A DNA stretch of 63,547 nucleotides, the filler included, from Rhabdomonas costata (taxonomy: Eukaryota): NCBI GenBank assembly GCA_019059605.1. It is 49 parts of 49 records of this genome, joined end to end, with 100 filler letters (N's around TTAATTAATTAA, not from the genome) between each part and the next. Parts side by side here need not be neighbours in the genome. Positions count along the whole stretch, not along the records: positions 11,695 to 12,894 come from JAHMHO010023912.1; positions 12,995 to 14,193 come from JAHMHO010023913.1; positions 14,294 to 15,490 come from JAHMHO010023914.1; positions 15,591 to 16,789 come from JAHMHO010023915.1; positions 16,890 to 18,088 come from JAHMHO010023916.1; positions 18,189 to 19,387 come from JAHMHO010023917.1; positions 19,488 to 20,686 come from JAHMHO010023918.1; positions 20,787 to 21,985 come from JAHMHO010023919.1; 41 more parts are not named here. One strand, 5' to 3'. Below are positions 11,981-24,949 of this stretch, piece by piece. Below the pieces are notes generated by a model. That model had not been told where the DNA came from and did no database searches. It was given only the letters and a program-made list of their open reading frames with translations. Each line of letters opens with the position of its first letter. Positions within the stretch are counted from its first letter, which is position 1. The position numbers and the translations under genes were made by a program.

Positions 11981-13104
11981 GGAAGTCCCTCGGGATCTCC
12001 ATTCTGGATTTGGTCCAATGCTTACGGCCAAGGCTGCAACGCTACCGTAAATGCCGCCACGATGTCATTGACCCGAAATTGGTGTATGTGTTGCGAAACG
12101 TGACCAGGGTTAAGTCTGTTCGACTTGTAAAATGGCACGTGAGTGTGAGTTTATCCTCCCAAAAGAGGTGAGATCTCAGCGACCCCGTGTTTGTGCACTT
12201 TGCTTATCCATGTTTGCTTGAGTTGTGAGGTCTCCTGGTGGTCAAGGGTTCTGTAGCGTTGGTGAGTCGGCGAAGCGGGTTCGGTGTCGTGGTGAGGGTA
12301 TCGTTGGTATGGGTGCGTTTATGTATCGGGTTGTGTGTGTATCGGTGTGTGCTTTCGCATCTCTCTACTTGTTGGCCTTCCCAGGGATTCAGGGGTTATA
12401 GCGTTGGTACTGTGTCTTTCGTCGAGCGGAGTGGAGGTGATTGGATAGGAGACCTAGGTGGACTGTGTGACCATGCAAGAGGCGCTACCCGCTACAGCTA
12501 CGACATAGGATAACGACACCAACACGAGTACACACGACAAGCTGAGATCCCACGTAGGAAACAAGGAAATGGAATGTGGAGTACTTCGTGGAAGGCCGCT
12601 GGTAACAGTAGAGCTAAGGCTATGCATGAACGCCACAGGTTGGTCAAGTGCAGGTGCTGATTTGATGCTGAGTTGGCATTGGGCGAGTCATGCTCGTACC
12701 TCACAGGTTGTCACACGTTCATGACCCCATGTATCCAGAGACACAACACCGTAGCGTACATGCCATGGTAGGAAAGTAGGGGCATAGTTACCCTCTTACT
12801 ACTACTATGGCATGTACGCTACGGTGTTGTGTCTCTGGATACATGGGGTCATGAACGTGTGACAACCTGTGAGGTACGAGCATGACTCCACACCNNNNNN
12901 NNNNNNNNNNNNNNNNNNNNNNNNNNNNNNNNNNNNNNTTAATTAATTAANNNNNNNNNNNNNNNNNNNNNNNNNNNNNNNNNNNNNNNNNNNNATCGGA
13001 TACACCACAGAACGATCTCTCAGTTTTGGGGAGGGACTAACCTTATATATTGCACGAGGTCGTTTATTTTGGTGTTATGACGAGTCTCCTACCGGTGCTC
13101 GCAG

Positions 13105-14023
13105 CTGCGGCCGCGGAGCAGCCTCTGCAAATGGTGCCCGTTCTGGCCTCCGCGGTGGCTCTGGCGATTAACCTCCCGGGAATGTCCCTGCAGGTCGGGC
13201 TGACGTGGAGCCAGGAGGCCCTGGTTGGGGTCTTCAACGGCAGTGTTCAGTGGTGGGACCACCCCACTCTGCGGCGGCTGAACCCCTTCGTGTACCTGCC
13301 CCATCGCCCCATCGTGGTGGTGAGCATCAGCCAGTACGCTGGGCTCCTGCCTTTCGTGTTTCCCGCCAGCCGCTTTTTTTCCCTCCTTCACACGGTGAGC
13401 TCGGCTCCCTAGCTCTCTTCTGTTGGGATGTGTCATCTGTGGGTGGGTGGGCCTCGACCACGACGAGACTGCATGAGTCCGAGCAATCGAGCAAGAGGAG
13501 TTCGCGATCCGCGGGGCCACCCACCCCGCCAGCTGCGATAGAACACGCCGGGCCATCACATAAATTCCACCATATCAACTCGGCGAAAGGATGTTAATCC
13601 ATCACGCAATTCAGTGAGCGTGGATATTTTTGGATTGTTCGTCTGTGGGTAGTGTGATCAATCTGGATCCAATTGTCTTGGTTTCTTCACGGCCAGCGTT
13701 AATTTCTCATTCGTGGAATATTTCTGTTAAGATTTGTTGGAAAACCCCCATTCCGCTCAGAAACAAAATCCCCTTGTCAAGTTTTGGAGTTTTGAAACTG
13801 AAGCAGGGCAGGTTGCCAATTCAATCCCGCACTCTTGAAATCTCCCCCTCTCCCGCATCAAAGGAGCAGCGCGGTGACGCTGCTGCTGCAGCTTGCTCTG
13901 GCTCGCTTTGAGCCGCAGTGGGGCTTGACCTACAACGTCTCCTCCGCCCCCCAGTGGCCCCCTGCGGTGGCCTCTACAATGCTCTTCGCCAGCACCCACG
14001 CGGCAGTTCTCTCCCTGATCCAG
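13105..14023 (+). CDS. PstS-like periplasmic-binding-protein domain, two exons (13105-13333, 13864-14023)
   Basis: VPVLASAVALAINLPG...LTWSQEALVGVFNGSVQWWDHPTLRRLNP..LPHRPIVVV matches the PstS pattern IFxGxIxxWxDPxIxxxNP..LP..I.VV. A GT-AG phase-2 join continues SSAVT..LALARFEPQW...WP. Confidence 0.85.
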
Positions 14024-17000
14024 GTGGCGTGTGGCCCTTGCCGTCTTGCGTTCCCCTTTTTTTTTAGTGCGTGAGCATCTTGAGACTACGGCCCTTGTAA
14101 TTTTTGTCTGTCTTCCTCCCCTGCCCTCTCGTCCCGTCCCTCCCGTCTCCTCATACATACTCTTGTACATACTCTTGACACCCACCAACCACCNNNNNNN
14201 NNNNNNNNNNNNNNNNNNNNNNNNNNNNNNNNNNNNNTTAATTAATTAANNNNNNNNNNNNNNNNNNNNNNNNNNNNNNNNNNNNNNNNNNNNCGTGTCA
14301 ACAAAGAGCAATGCTAGTGCGAAAAAGAAAGAGAGAGAGGGGGGGGGGGGAACAGCAGTTTCTGTTCTGTTGCTTGTCCTTTGAGATCGGGCCTTGTTTG
14401 GAACATGGGGTCCCTTTTGCAGTTTCGTCACTCTCTCCCTTCAAGAGTTTGCCTCGTGCTCCCTGAAGATATCCTCTGCCTAGTTCGTGGTAATTCCGAA
14501 GTGACCTGCTTTCAGTGCCCAACCACTGTATAAGACAACGAACGGCGTCTTCCCGCCATTGCCGCCATTGCATCCCATTGGAGTTCTCTTGTGTTGCCTT
14601 ACGGTTGGCAAAACGGAGGTTTCCAAAGGGAAAAAGAACGTACACAATAAACGGAGAATGATAGGGTGGGAGCAAGCAAGAGGCTGACATGAGATACGAC
14701 AGATGCAGGCCGCGCTGAAAAACCCAATCAAAAATTCTCGCAAAACCTGAAGCAAGCAGACAGGATGAAATTCAAATGCAAAAAAATGAGAATATAAAAG
14801 GCTCCCAGCTGAGACTCGTGATGGGAAAGGAGCCCACAGAAAAACAGAGTGCACATTCGAACCAACAGCAAAACAGCAACGAACCGCGGGGGCAATAAGA
14901 AAGGGGATGGCCGGCGACGGGCCTTTTCACACAGACAAAGTAGAAGAAGACCTCTGAACAGCGTCCTCAATGCTGAGTTTAGATAGCTCCCGGGGAGGCT
15001 TCCACACCAAGCTGAGCTGCTCAATCCTTTTCAAAGAAATGGTAGGGAGGGGTTGTTTTTTTGGAGGGGGAGTGGCGTTGTGCATGTTTGGTCCCCGCCT
15101 GGATGCACTTTCTAATAACACACAAGCAAAGAGTCGCGTCAAGTCGACTCGGAATGGGAACAGCATGCCCATTGTTGAGAGAAAAAAAGGTGGTGTTTTC
15201 GTGGACACAATGAGGAGCGTTTGCCATCCGATGCGCACGCGCATCGGTGAGTACCGCGAAGAGCGAGAAAGGTGAAAGACCCAAAATTGAACCAGAAGGG
15301 CAGATTCTTTTTTGGCATGTTCAAAGGCACTTTGGACAACGGTAACCTTGAGCCTTGAGCGGTGAGGCAAAAGTACAACTTCGTACAACTTTGCAGCTTT
15401 TCTATCCTCCCTGGTTGTTTCGGGTGGAAACCCCCCGGGGGGGGGGGTGACATCCAACTCTCCAACCCCCCACCCACACACACCCAACACNNNNNNNNNN
15501 NNNNNNNNNNNNNNNNNNNNNNNNNNNNNNNNNNTTAATTAATTAANNNNNNNNNNNNNNNNNNNNNNNNNNNNNNNNNNNNNNNNNNNNCCCATTCCGC
15601 ACACGCAAAGTACAAAAAAGAACGAACGCGTTCGTCCCGCCTCCCCGTGTTCTCGCCAGCCGTGCGAAGTCATGGGTCAGACTCAGACGGTTGCTCCGGC
15701 CATACGGGCAAAGCTTTTTTTTTGGGGGGGGGGTGCGCTGCGCTCTGATGATGATTGGCCCGTGGAGGAGCAACCCTCGAAAAAATTGTGCCGTGGCAGC
15801 GTCTAAGAGGAAGGGACCAGAATAGAGGGCTCCCTTCATCCCCCCACCCGCCCGTGTGCCCTGGTCGTAAACCCGTCTTAGCCCCCTTGGGGTCAAGTGG
15901 GTCGGGAAGCAAAACTTGCAAGTAGAGGAAGGATGAGGAGATTCCCGCTTCGGGTCCTCACTTTCACTTCCTCCATAATAATATCAACCCTTGGAGTCCA
16001 GTGTTACACCGGACAACATGTCTACGTTAATAACGTCATAAAACCCTGTCAATGCGACGACAACGCTTGACTTTACTGATCACGAGGGAAAGAGCCCGAG
16101 CCCCAAAAACGTCGACCAGATCACTGTGACACAGCGGAGTAGCAACATCCCATTGTTCTCAAATGCAAACAAAGAAGCACAGCAAACGAGTTACAACTCA
16201 ACTCTACCATACCTTCCCTTCCTATACAAGGCGGCCGCATCGGGCCGACACAGCAGAGAAAAAAAGGCATTGCTCTACACCCGCAGGCAAATAGTCCCAT
16301 TTGCATGCACCATTGCTGAATGCTGCGGGTTGGGCTTACATTAACCTCCGTTTTCACTCTACCTCGTTGAAATTCTGCGTGGGCTGCATGGTCCAGATGC
16401 TCCATTGGAGACTCCATATTGTTTCAGACACCACGGGCATGAAACAGAAAAAAGAATGAGCACAGGCCAAAGGGCCAGTGAGGAGGCAGGAGGCGCGGGT
16501 ACGTGGAGGCATCTCTTTTGCACCGTGAACACGCGCCACCAAAGAAGAGCAAAAGCAAACCTTCATGTATTATGGTAATATTTACACGCAGATCGCAGGG
16601 AAAAAGCAAAGTGGAAGAACGACCCAGAGCCACCGTTCCTCAAGTACGAAGAAGAGGCCAGGAAAAAGACTGAGTTGTCTTGCGCCCAGCAGACCACAAA
16701 CACGCACAAGACACGCACACAAAAGCTTGGCAGATCAGAGGCTCCGGACCGCGAATTCTGAAGGCGGGGAGTTCGAACCCCCCAACCCCNNNNNNNNNNN
16801 NNNNNNNNNNNNNNNNNNNNNNNNNNNNNNNNNTTAATTAATTAANNNNNNNNNNNNNNNNNNNNNNNNNNNNNNNNNNNNNNNNNNNNTGTGTTGGGTG
16901 TGGCACCCGCAGGGCCTCCAGGGCGGCTGCACGAGAACACCGGGGGGCAGCACAGCGGAGGAGGCGGGCAGGGCGCCGCAGGGGCCGGGCCGCAGCAATT

Positions 17001-19504
17001 TCCGGGGCGGACCACCGTGCGAGCCGCGGTCTACGAGAAAGCAGGTTGGAAAACGTTCGGGATCCCCCCATGTGTGTGTGTGTTTGGGTCATCATTATCG
17101 GTATGGGAATGATACGAGCCTCAACCTGTGTTGCGGTAGGCATTGTTCTCATAGTTTGAAAATCAGATCTCGGCAAGGTGTAAAAGCGATGCCACTTCAA
17201 AGAGGAAGCGATGTTTTTTTTTCCACAATCGCGGCACAGCACCTGAGGGGTGTTTCCCATTGTTGTCAATGAGTAATGAGCCGATGAAGAAAGCAAGAGA
17301 AGTTCTGCAAGCAAAGCGAAACACGGCAGCCCAACAATGCCGATGATTCGTCTTCCCTTCGCCTTCGCGGAAAGGGAGGGTACCTGGCATAGTGATTCCT
17401 TGGGTGATCCCCCCTCACACAGGGCGTGTGCGATTTCAGAGCAATGGTCCGCCAGCACTGTTGATTCGGCCTCACACATAACGGCAGTTGTGGCGAACCC
17501 CCCACCCCGATTTTCTGTATGTGCATTTTGAATCATTCTTGGGATCGTATTTCCTGTTATCCAAATCCGCTATGGCTTTCGTGGTCGCAGTCGCAGTTTT
17601 CGTTGTTCTTGTGCATGGACGGACCGAAATTTAGCGGAAAGTTCCGGCTTAAGGGGAAGGGGGCTGTATAAGACCAAGACCTCGCAGGGGCAACATGGAT
17701 TCGAAGGGGTGTTGACTGCAAACTGTGATATTCCGCCCGCAGCAGCGGTGTATTAGGTCATTCATCCCCCGCCTTCCCTTGATTGTCTCCGGAAGAGGAG
17801 AAGGAGCCGGCCACCGCCTCCAAGGGGCACGCGGTACAGCGCCAACAACCAACGGCTCATTAAGCAAGCAATATGTACAGCTGTGAGGGTATGTGTCTTT
17901 GGAGTGTAAGCACGCCACAAACCGAGTACATTACACCGCAGACTGCGAGGAGGAAGAAGAAGAGGTGGAACACAGTCCTTGGCCACCATAGAGGAAAGTG
18001 CAGAGGGAGGTCTTGGTCTTATACAGCCCCCTTCCCCTTAAGCCGGAACTTTCCGCTAAATTTCGGTCCGTCCATGCACAAACAACAANNNNNNNNNNNN
18101 NNNNNNNNNNNNNNNNNNNNNNNNNNNNNNNNTTAATTAATTAANNNNNNNNNNNNNNNNNNNNNNNNNNNNNNNNNNNNNNNNNNNNTGTTAGGGGGAG
18201 GAGGTCAGTACATGCCGCTGCCTTTCCTGTTGCTGAGCTTTTTTTTGTAAGCAGAGGGCCTGTTTGGGAGGGAGGGGGGTCCCGGATCTCCTGCCTCTCA
18301 ACTTGTGTGGTGGCCAGAGTGGTTTTCCTGGGGATGGGAGAGTTTGGCCCGGATGATCTGGTTTGTTTGCTGACTCTCATTTGGGCTGTGCATCTTTCTT
18401 TTTCTGCGACCAACTGGTTTTTCCAGACGTCTGTGGGTCTTTGGCGCGTTCGTGCCACCTTTGACTGCTGTGATATGCCTGACAATGGACTTTTGCGCGA
18501 GGTCACCTGTGCTGCATTTTATCTCTAATTCCGGCAAACACGTTTTCTGATGTGCTCCAATTCGATTCCAAAAACGGAAAGTTGTCACAGAAACGGAAAG
18601 TTGTTCGCTCATCTCCGACCTTTGGTGGAGCAAAATTATTTCATTTACGTGTATGAGTGGCAGGAATTACCGGCCGTTGGAATGACAAGAGGCCACTTTT
18701 TTGTTATTGATGTGGCGCTTTACATTTCTTCTTTTTGTGATCCTCCGTATAGAGCAGGTAGCACCCCAAAATCATGCTTGACGAATTCCGAAGTTTTTTC
18801 AGTTGACGTTCAACCTGGTCATTTTTGGTTGGTTTTATTTTTTTGACCGATAATTTACATGCTCTTTTGGGTGAAATATGCTTAATTTTGTTTTTCAAAG
18901 ACTACTCACTGCTGCTCCCACTCCTGCGGATTTTCTTTCGGATTGCCACCCAAAAGAGTGTTGCTTTCACTTCTTCGGAACACCCTCCAGGAGGAGGCTG
19001 GGTTTCAAAGATGGAGAGCGCCGGCATGTCGTCGCTCTTGCTTTTTGCGGCTTTGGGGCTGTACTCCCTGGCGGAGCTGGCGTTCTTCCTCAGAATGAGA
19101 AGGCTTCGGGTTCATCTCTGCGCCCTAGCTCGTCTCCTATGATTTCCTTTTTGGCCACGGCAAACTTTCCATACATGGCGTTCCCCACTTTTTGGTTTGG
19201 TCAAAGGGTATACTTGCACTTTTGAGTGGGTCAGGATGGTACTTCCATCTGGCAGTGAAAGGCCAGGTGCGAAACTTCAAGCTGTTTATCTCTTTTTATT
19301 CGATTGATAGCTGTCCCCCTCCCCCTCGAAAATACACTCGACCTGTCTGCAAAGCAAGAAGATCTAAGCAAAGGATTCAACAAACACNNNNNNNNNNNNN
19401 NNNNNNNNNNNNNNNNNNNNNNNNNNNNNNNTTAATTAATTAANNNNNNNNNNNNNNNNNNNNNNNNNNNNNNNNNNNNNNNNNNNNTATGTTCGAGGTA
19501 CTCA

Positions 19505-20680
19505 TCAGGGAATGGAAGAATCGCGGAGAAAAGCTGACGGACGTGTGGAACGTGCCACACCATCGTAAGAACGTTTCGATAGAGAACCCACCGGACTTCC
19601 TCCGCTGAAAATCAATATCCCCCCACAATACGGCGCGGTTGCAGAATTCAGGAGCACAAACGGCTAAAAGAAAGCATCACGACCATGCTTTTGCGGCTTT
19701 TTCTCATCATTTTCCAGATCTGTACACGGTTATTCCCACTAAGCAGACAGGAGGCTCGATGCAGATGATCGCGACGACCCCTTGTTGCGGTTGCGTGTCT
19801 TTAGTCGGACGCGATACTGGACCTCAGTCTGTTGCCTGACGCTATAGTTTTTCTTGCAATAATGTCTTGCAGACCCCAACCCCCTACGGCACGTCAGGTT
19901 AATCGGGTCCCGGAGCAAAATGGCTTGCGTCCTACAATAATGCTGCCCAGATCGATCTGAAAAGTCTCGAAACGTTACCGGTAAACACCCCTCCTCGCAC
20001 ACTCACTCTCAGTGAGGAACCGATGGGGAGACGGCTGCGTGGGTAGGCTGGGGAGCTCCACCACACTGTCGTCGTCGTCCTCGTCCGTGTCGGCTACCTC
20101 AGCAGGGGAAACCACCACCACGCGCAGGCGGGAGGGCTGCGAGGACTCCGATCTATGCAACATAAAGGCACCGGACAAGGAAAATCACTGATATGTAATG
20201 CAACGACGCGATGTAAAGAGATGCAGTTTGGATTATATAATCTTTACATTTGGTACAAAGGAAACGGAAAAGAACGACGAGAAACCCAAGGGCAACTACG
20301 TTACAGGGGATACGCGTGAGAAAGGGCACTTTGCAGGGTAACGACAGGTGGAGAGAACAGGAGGGGAATCACGTGTGTGTGTGTGTGTGTGTGCGCGCGC
20401 GCGCGTGCGTGGAAAAACAGACGATTAGAGGGAGGGCGAAAGGATGGGAAGGGGAGAGAGATGGGGAAAGAGAGAGAGAAGGCAAGGCGAAAAGCGCACC
20501 TCTCGTCAGACTCCACGTCCTCCAGGGCATCCCCGACTGAGGAGAGCGCAGAGGCCGTGGAGGGCTGCCGAGAGGAGAAGCCGGAGGTCTCCGTGGAGCC
20601 TCCCCGGCTGCCCTTCAGAGCACTCCGCCCAGTGTGGCGAGAGGACTGCACGTTGACCGACACGGGATCCTCGCTCCCAC
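19505..20680 (-). CDS. C-terminal three exons of an unknown, probably disordered Ser/acidic protein (about 20680-20500, 20152-19979, 19604-19505)
   Basis: Two phase-2 GT-AG introns keep one frame open to the TGA at 19505-19507. No domain recognised. Confidence 0.55.
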
Positions 20681-20797
20681 CACACANNNNNNNNNNNNNN
20701 NNNNNNNNNNNNNNNNNNNNNNNNNNNNNNTTAATTAATTAANNNNNNNNNNNNNNNNNNNNNNNNNNNNNNNNNNNNNNNNNNNNTTGTGGGGTGT

Positions 20798-21629
20798 GCG
20801 GTTTCCTGCGCATTGCAGGGCCACCGTGACTTCGCTCTTGGGGTACTTATCACTGCGGAGGTCCTTCAGCCGAAGCCGCAGCGGGTTTTGCAGACCCAGC
20901 CCGCTGATCTCCAGCTCGTACTTCTCACCGTCCACCTGTGCGGGTGCCCGGAGTTTGTGTGTGTGCGTGTGGCGAGTGGCAATAAAAATGTGTGTGTTAG
21001 TGTTCCGGTGACAACCAACAAGCGAGCGACGATACGAAACATGCGAGGCGATTGCACAACGTTGGCTGGACAAACTGGGTTGCCAATCATTCGCGGGTCT
21101 GTGATTGAGCCATTGATATGCACAACCTTAAGGTGCGCAGGGTGCAAAGGTGTTATCGAAGTCCTTTGACTGCTGCTGCGACCAAGCAAGTACGCAGCAG
21201 CGACCGCAACCACGAACGTGACGGGCTCCGAACCCAGAGAAACAGCGCAAACAGCCCCCGGGACTATCGCGTCACGCCTTTGGCACGGGATAGTGATGGC
21301 GGATGAAGAAGACGTTGTTGGGGGTCAGCGGGTGGTCGCCCAGAAGCTGCGAGGGTGGCTCCGCGGAGCATGGCTTGGCCGCAAGGATCTGTGGGGACCA
21401 TCCGAATGCCCGTCCCATCACAGAAAGAGATAAACTAAAGAACGGCAAAGAAGTTTTCAGTTTTCAGTTTTGGGTGAAACGGGGCAATACGCTGTATAAA
21501 GCGCAGGGGGGTTGGTGAGTAACGTGCCTTGAAGTAGGGCGGCCGGGCAGGATCGTCCTTGAAGGGGTCATCAAGGCTGGGGATCTGCCGCGAGGTCTCT
21601 TCTTTGGAGAGGTTTCCGACGCGGTACTC
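20798..21629 (-). CDS. SUOX: Sulfite oxidase (end of cytochrome b5 domain, linker, start of Moco domain), three exons (21629-21528, 21388-21278, 20935-20798)
   Basis: Spliced product EYRVGNL...DDPFKDDPARP..ILAAKPCSAEPP..LTPNNVFFIRHHYPVPK VDGEKYEL...VALQCAGNR includes the Mo-ligating CAGNR motif. Both introns are phase-0 GC-AG. Confidence 0.92.
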
Positions 21630-22377
21630 CTGCAGGGACCAGATGGAGAGAAGCACATCGAAAAAAGGGTCGGTGCGATTTGGTGCACAAATGGATGCAC
21701 CAGCTGTACCAGCGGCAACAGCAAGGAGCCCAACAAGGAATTCCCAAACATACAGCACACACAAGCAGACAGACAGGCAGGCAGGCGGGCAGGCAGACAG
21801 AAACAGGAGATGTCAGGACAAGGAAAGTGTGCGGGAGTGCGTGTGAAAATGAACACTGGCGAGTAGCGAATGCCAGTCAGTCGTGGTCGTGAACACACCC
21901 GCACAAATCTTCACAAACACACAAGACTTCCGGCACGAAGCGTGGTTGAGGGAGGACAAACCGGCTAAGGGGTGTGTAACTGTTCNNNNNNNNNNNNNNN
22001 NNNNNNNNNNNNNNNNNNNNNNNNNNNNNTTAATTAATTAANNNNNNNNNNNNNNNNNNNNNNNNNNNNNNNNNNNNNNNNNNNNTGTTGTCAAAGAGAA
22101 TGAAGAGGATGAAAGATGTTCATCACGCAAAAGAAAACAGTGAGGCGCAAGAACAACCGAAAGTAGCACGAAGGAAGAGACTCTATGCACAGTGCAATGC
22201 AGAAAAGATCGGAAGTGTCAAAGGGTGAAGAAAGACAAGGGGACCGAGAGCAGAGGGCAGCAGTGAACTGAACGCTAGAGGGAAGGGTAGCGGGACACAG
22301 CGGAGCTCGCGTGGAGAAAGAAGAAGCACCACACGAGGAGCACGAGAATGCAGCGGACGCTAGGACGGGAGAGGGCC

Positions 22378-22407
22378 AAAAGAAAAGAAAAGAAAAGAAA
22401 AGAAAAG
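22378..22407. repeat. (AAAAG)n microsatellite
   Basis: Six consecutive AAAAG units. Confidence 0.9.
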
Positions 22408-22929
22408 GGTGGCAGAGCACGTACAACATCGAAGGCAGGAGGGCGGAAGGGGTGGGGGTAACAGACGAGGGAAATGGCTGTTGGACAGGCGACGGGGTCG
22501 ATGGAACAGACAGGCGACACCATCATCTACAACAACAACGACGTCTATAAAACATCTAGAACACAACGCAGACCCACCCGACGTCGCAGCACAACATGCG
22601 GTGTGGAGCTTAACACAGGCTACCCTCCACCGAGAAGCCAGCCGGAGCCGAGGAACCCCCGGGGTCGTTGTACAGGTTCGGGTAAGCCCGCAGGAGCAGG
22701 GCGGCAGACCCTTGCATCACAGCCACCGTCTTTCTGGTTGCGGTTGCGGTTCCAGCCTTTCACTTTCCCTCCAGCACAGGCCTCAAACATCGAAAAAAAA
22801 CGTCCTTAGTGAAACAACAAACCTGTACATGAAGCAAAGTAGCGACATGCACGGGCGGTTTCTGTTTCTTGGTCCACGCGCAAAAAGAAATCTAATTACA
22901 CAGCCTCCTTGAACTCGTCGACGAGAACA

Positions 22930-23280
22930 TCACGCAGTGGCGGGAGTAGAGCCCACAGCAGGAGCAGCAAAGGGCGTGATCGCCGAAGGTGTCGGGCGGT
23001 GTGGGCTGGGAACGGAATACGGCACCGAAACCGCAGCAGCGCTTGAAAGGCAGACGCCGAGAATGGATCGGAGCCACCGCACCTGGAAGAATCGTGCAGG
23101 AGGCGTCGCGGTCGAACCGCTGGGCGCGGACATGAACCACAGCATCGCTCTCAGGCCTTCTGGCTCTGCAAGCACTCCGCCATCTGATGTGACAGGATGC
23201 TTGAAAACTGGCCAGACAGCCAAAGGCGTGCAAGCGGGGCGGCGACCTCAGCTGAGATGAGAGGGGCAGCTCTCAAACCA
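22930..23280 (-). mobile_element. Decayed C-terminal region (CCHC knuckle preceding the RLE endonuclease) of a CRE-like non-LTR retrotransposon
   Basis: DTFGDHALCC..CGLYSRH matches the DxxGxHAxxC...RH motif of RLE-type elements. WLRSILG lies in another frame, implying frameshifts. Confidence 0.65.
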
Positions 23281-23448
23281 ACCCCNNNNNNNNNNNNNNN
23301 NNNNNNNNNNNNNNNNNNNNNNNNNNNNNTTAATTAATTAANNNNNNNNNNNNNNNNNNNNNNNNNNNNNNNNNNNNNNNNNNNNTTGTGTTTGTAGGAT
23401 GTGCGAGTGTGATTGAGTGACAATTTTTTGGTCCCCACCTTTTGGCAG

Positions 23449-23557
23449 CCGGTCGACGCTGGAGCAGCATCTGCTAGAACTGGAGCAGTGGCTGGAGCGC
23501 GACGACCAAAACCAGCCCCAGCACGTCTACCAGAAGATGGAGGCGGACCTCAGAGCG
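23449..23557 (+). CDS. Helical exon resembling the Hsp70/Hsp110 C-terminal lid
   Basis: AG/GT bounded. STLEQHLLELEQWLERDDQNQPQHVYQKMEADL resembles the ExWL...YxxKxxEL pattern; the match is weak. Confidence 0.4.
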
Positions 23558-24949
23558 GTGCTTGCCCTTCCCGCTTCCTTTCCCAGCCAGTGCTTTTCGT
23601 AGGATCACTTCTGACCGAGAAAATTGCGAGAGTGGCCATTCCCGTTGAGCAAGGAAGACTGTGATTCTGACTCTGATTTCAGCACTCGAAGTCTGCTGTC
23701 TCCCCAATGGCGCAACCGCAACATCTTGTCAATAGTTGAGTTCAACTTTGTGTTCTATCGTGCTTCTCATTCGGACGCATCCATTTACATTGCAGAAAGA
23801 AAATTCCATTTTTCACAAAGTTGCTTTTCTCGGCAAAGGCGTCGTGCCAAATATTAACTCACATTGATTGCCAACCATGGCATCGACAGAACTATGCTAT
23901 TGGGACCAAGCACCTTTATGATGTCTGTTAGAAAGTAGCAGGGTCACTGGACCGGAACGTTTTCTGACCCTGGCTTCGGGTCTTCAGGCGTTTCCCCAGG
24001 ATTGGTAGCTCCACTTCCAGGACGTTGTTTCACTGGAGGGGGAGGCTAAGGCAGGCGCGTGCTTTCTGCCCCGTTACTGACGATAACGCGTCGTTACTGC
24101 CGGTGATGTGTTCTGTCACAGCTACTGCTTTTGTGTGCAATCCTGGTACCCATACCAGATGCGCTTTGACTCGTTAATCTCTTCTGCGAAAAGGAAAGGC
24201 TTGGGTACTCTGAATTCAGGCATTCTCTTGTGCAGCAACATTGATCTGTCTGACATCATTTACAGTGGAGCTGCTGATAAAGATGACTCGAATGACTCAC
24301 GCAGTTGAAGGTGGCGGAGGGCCATTCATACCTCCGTCTCGTTTGAGTGAGAAAGAACCTTCTAAAAAGAGTGTGTTGCAAGATTTCGGATTATTTTCTA
24401 GCATGTGCTATAGTACCACCAGTGCAACTCTGAATGCAATTGGAGAATAGGAAAACGAGGCGTCTTCTTCAGAGTTGCGTCCTGGTGGTTTTTGGTACCA
24501 CGCTGCCCTCACGCCTGCCTGCATTACTCCCAATATCCGTTCTCGTGGTTGTTCAGAACGTTTTTGGCTTGAAACCCCCCACCCNNNNNNNNNNNNNNNN
24601 NNNNNNNNNNNNNNNNNNNNNNNNNNNNTTAATTAATTAANNNNNNNNNNNNNNNNNNNNNNNNNNNNNNNNNNNNNNNNNNNNTGTGTTTTGTCCCTTT
24701 TGCTCAGTTGTTCTCGCCTCGCGCGCGGGCTTGAGTGAGACAGTAGAGCAACCACCACAGGAAAAGAATATCTGGAGAGCCTTCACTTGAAATCTGGGGA
24801 GCATTGTTTCAGTTCACCGCTGGAATGATGGCCAGTGTTGACTTTACCTGTCGTCTCCACTTGTGCCTTTGGGTCCATCCACCGCACCAAATGATTTGAC
24901 TAGTAACTTTTTTGTTCGATGGGAGCGGCACACTATTTTTGAATTTCAG

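Noticed and set aside
15746..15806. Box C-like TGATGATGA suggesting a C/D snoRNA
   Set aside because: No CTGA D box at a suitable distance and no terminal stem.
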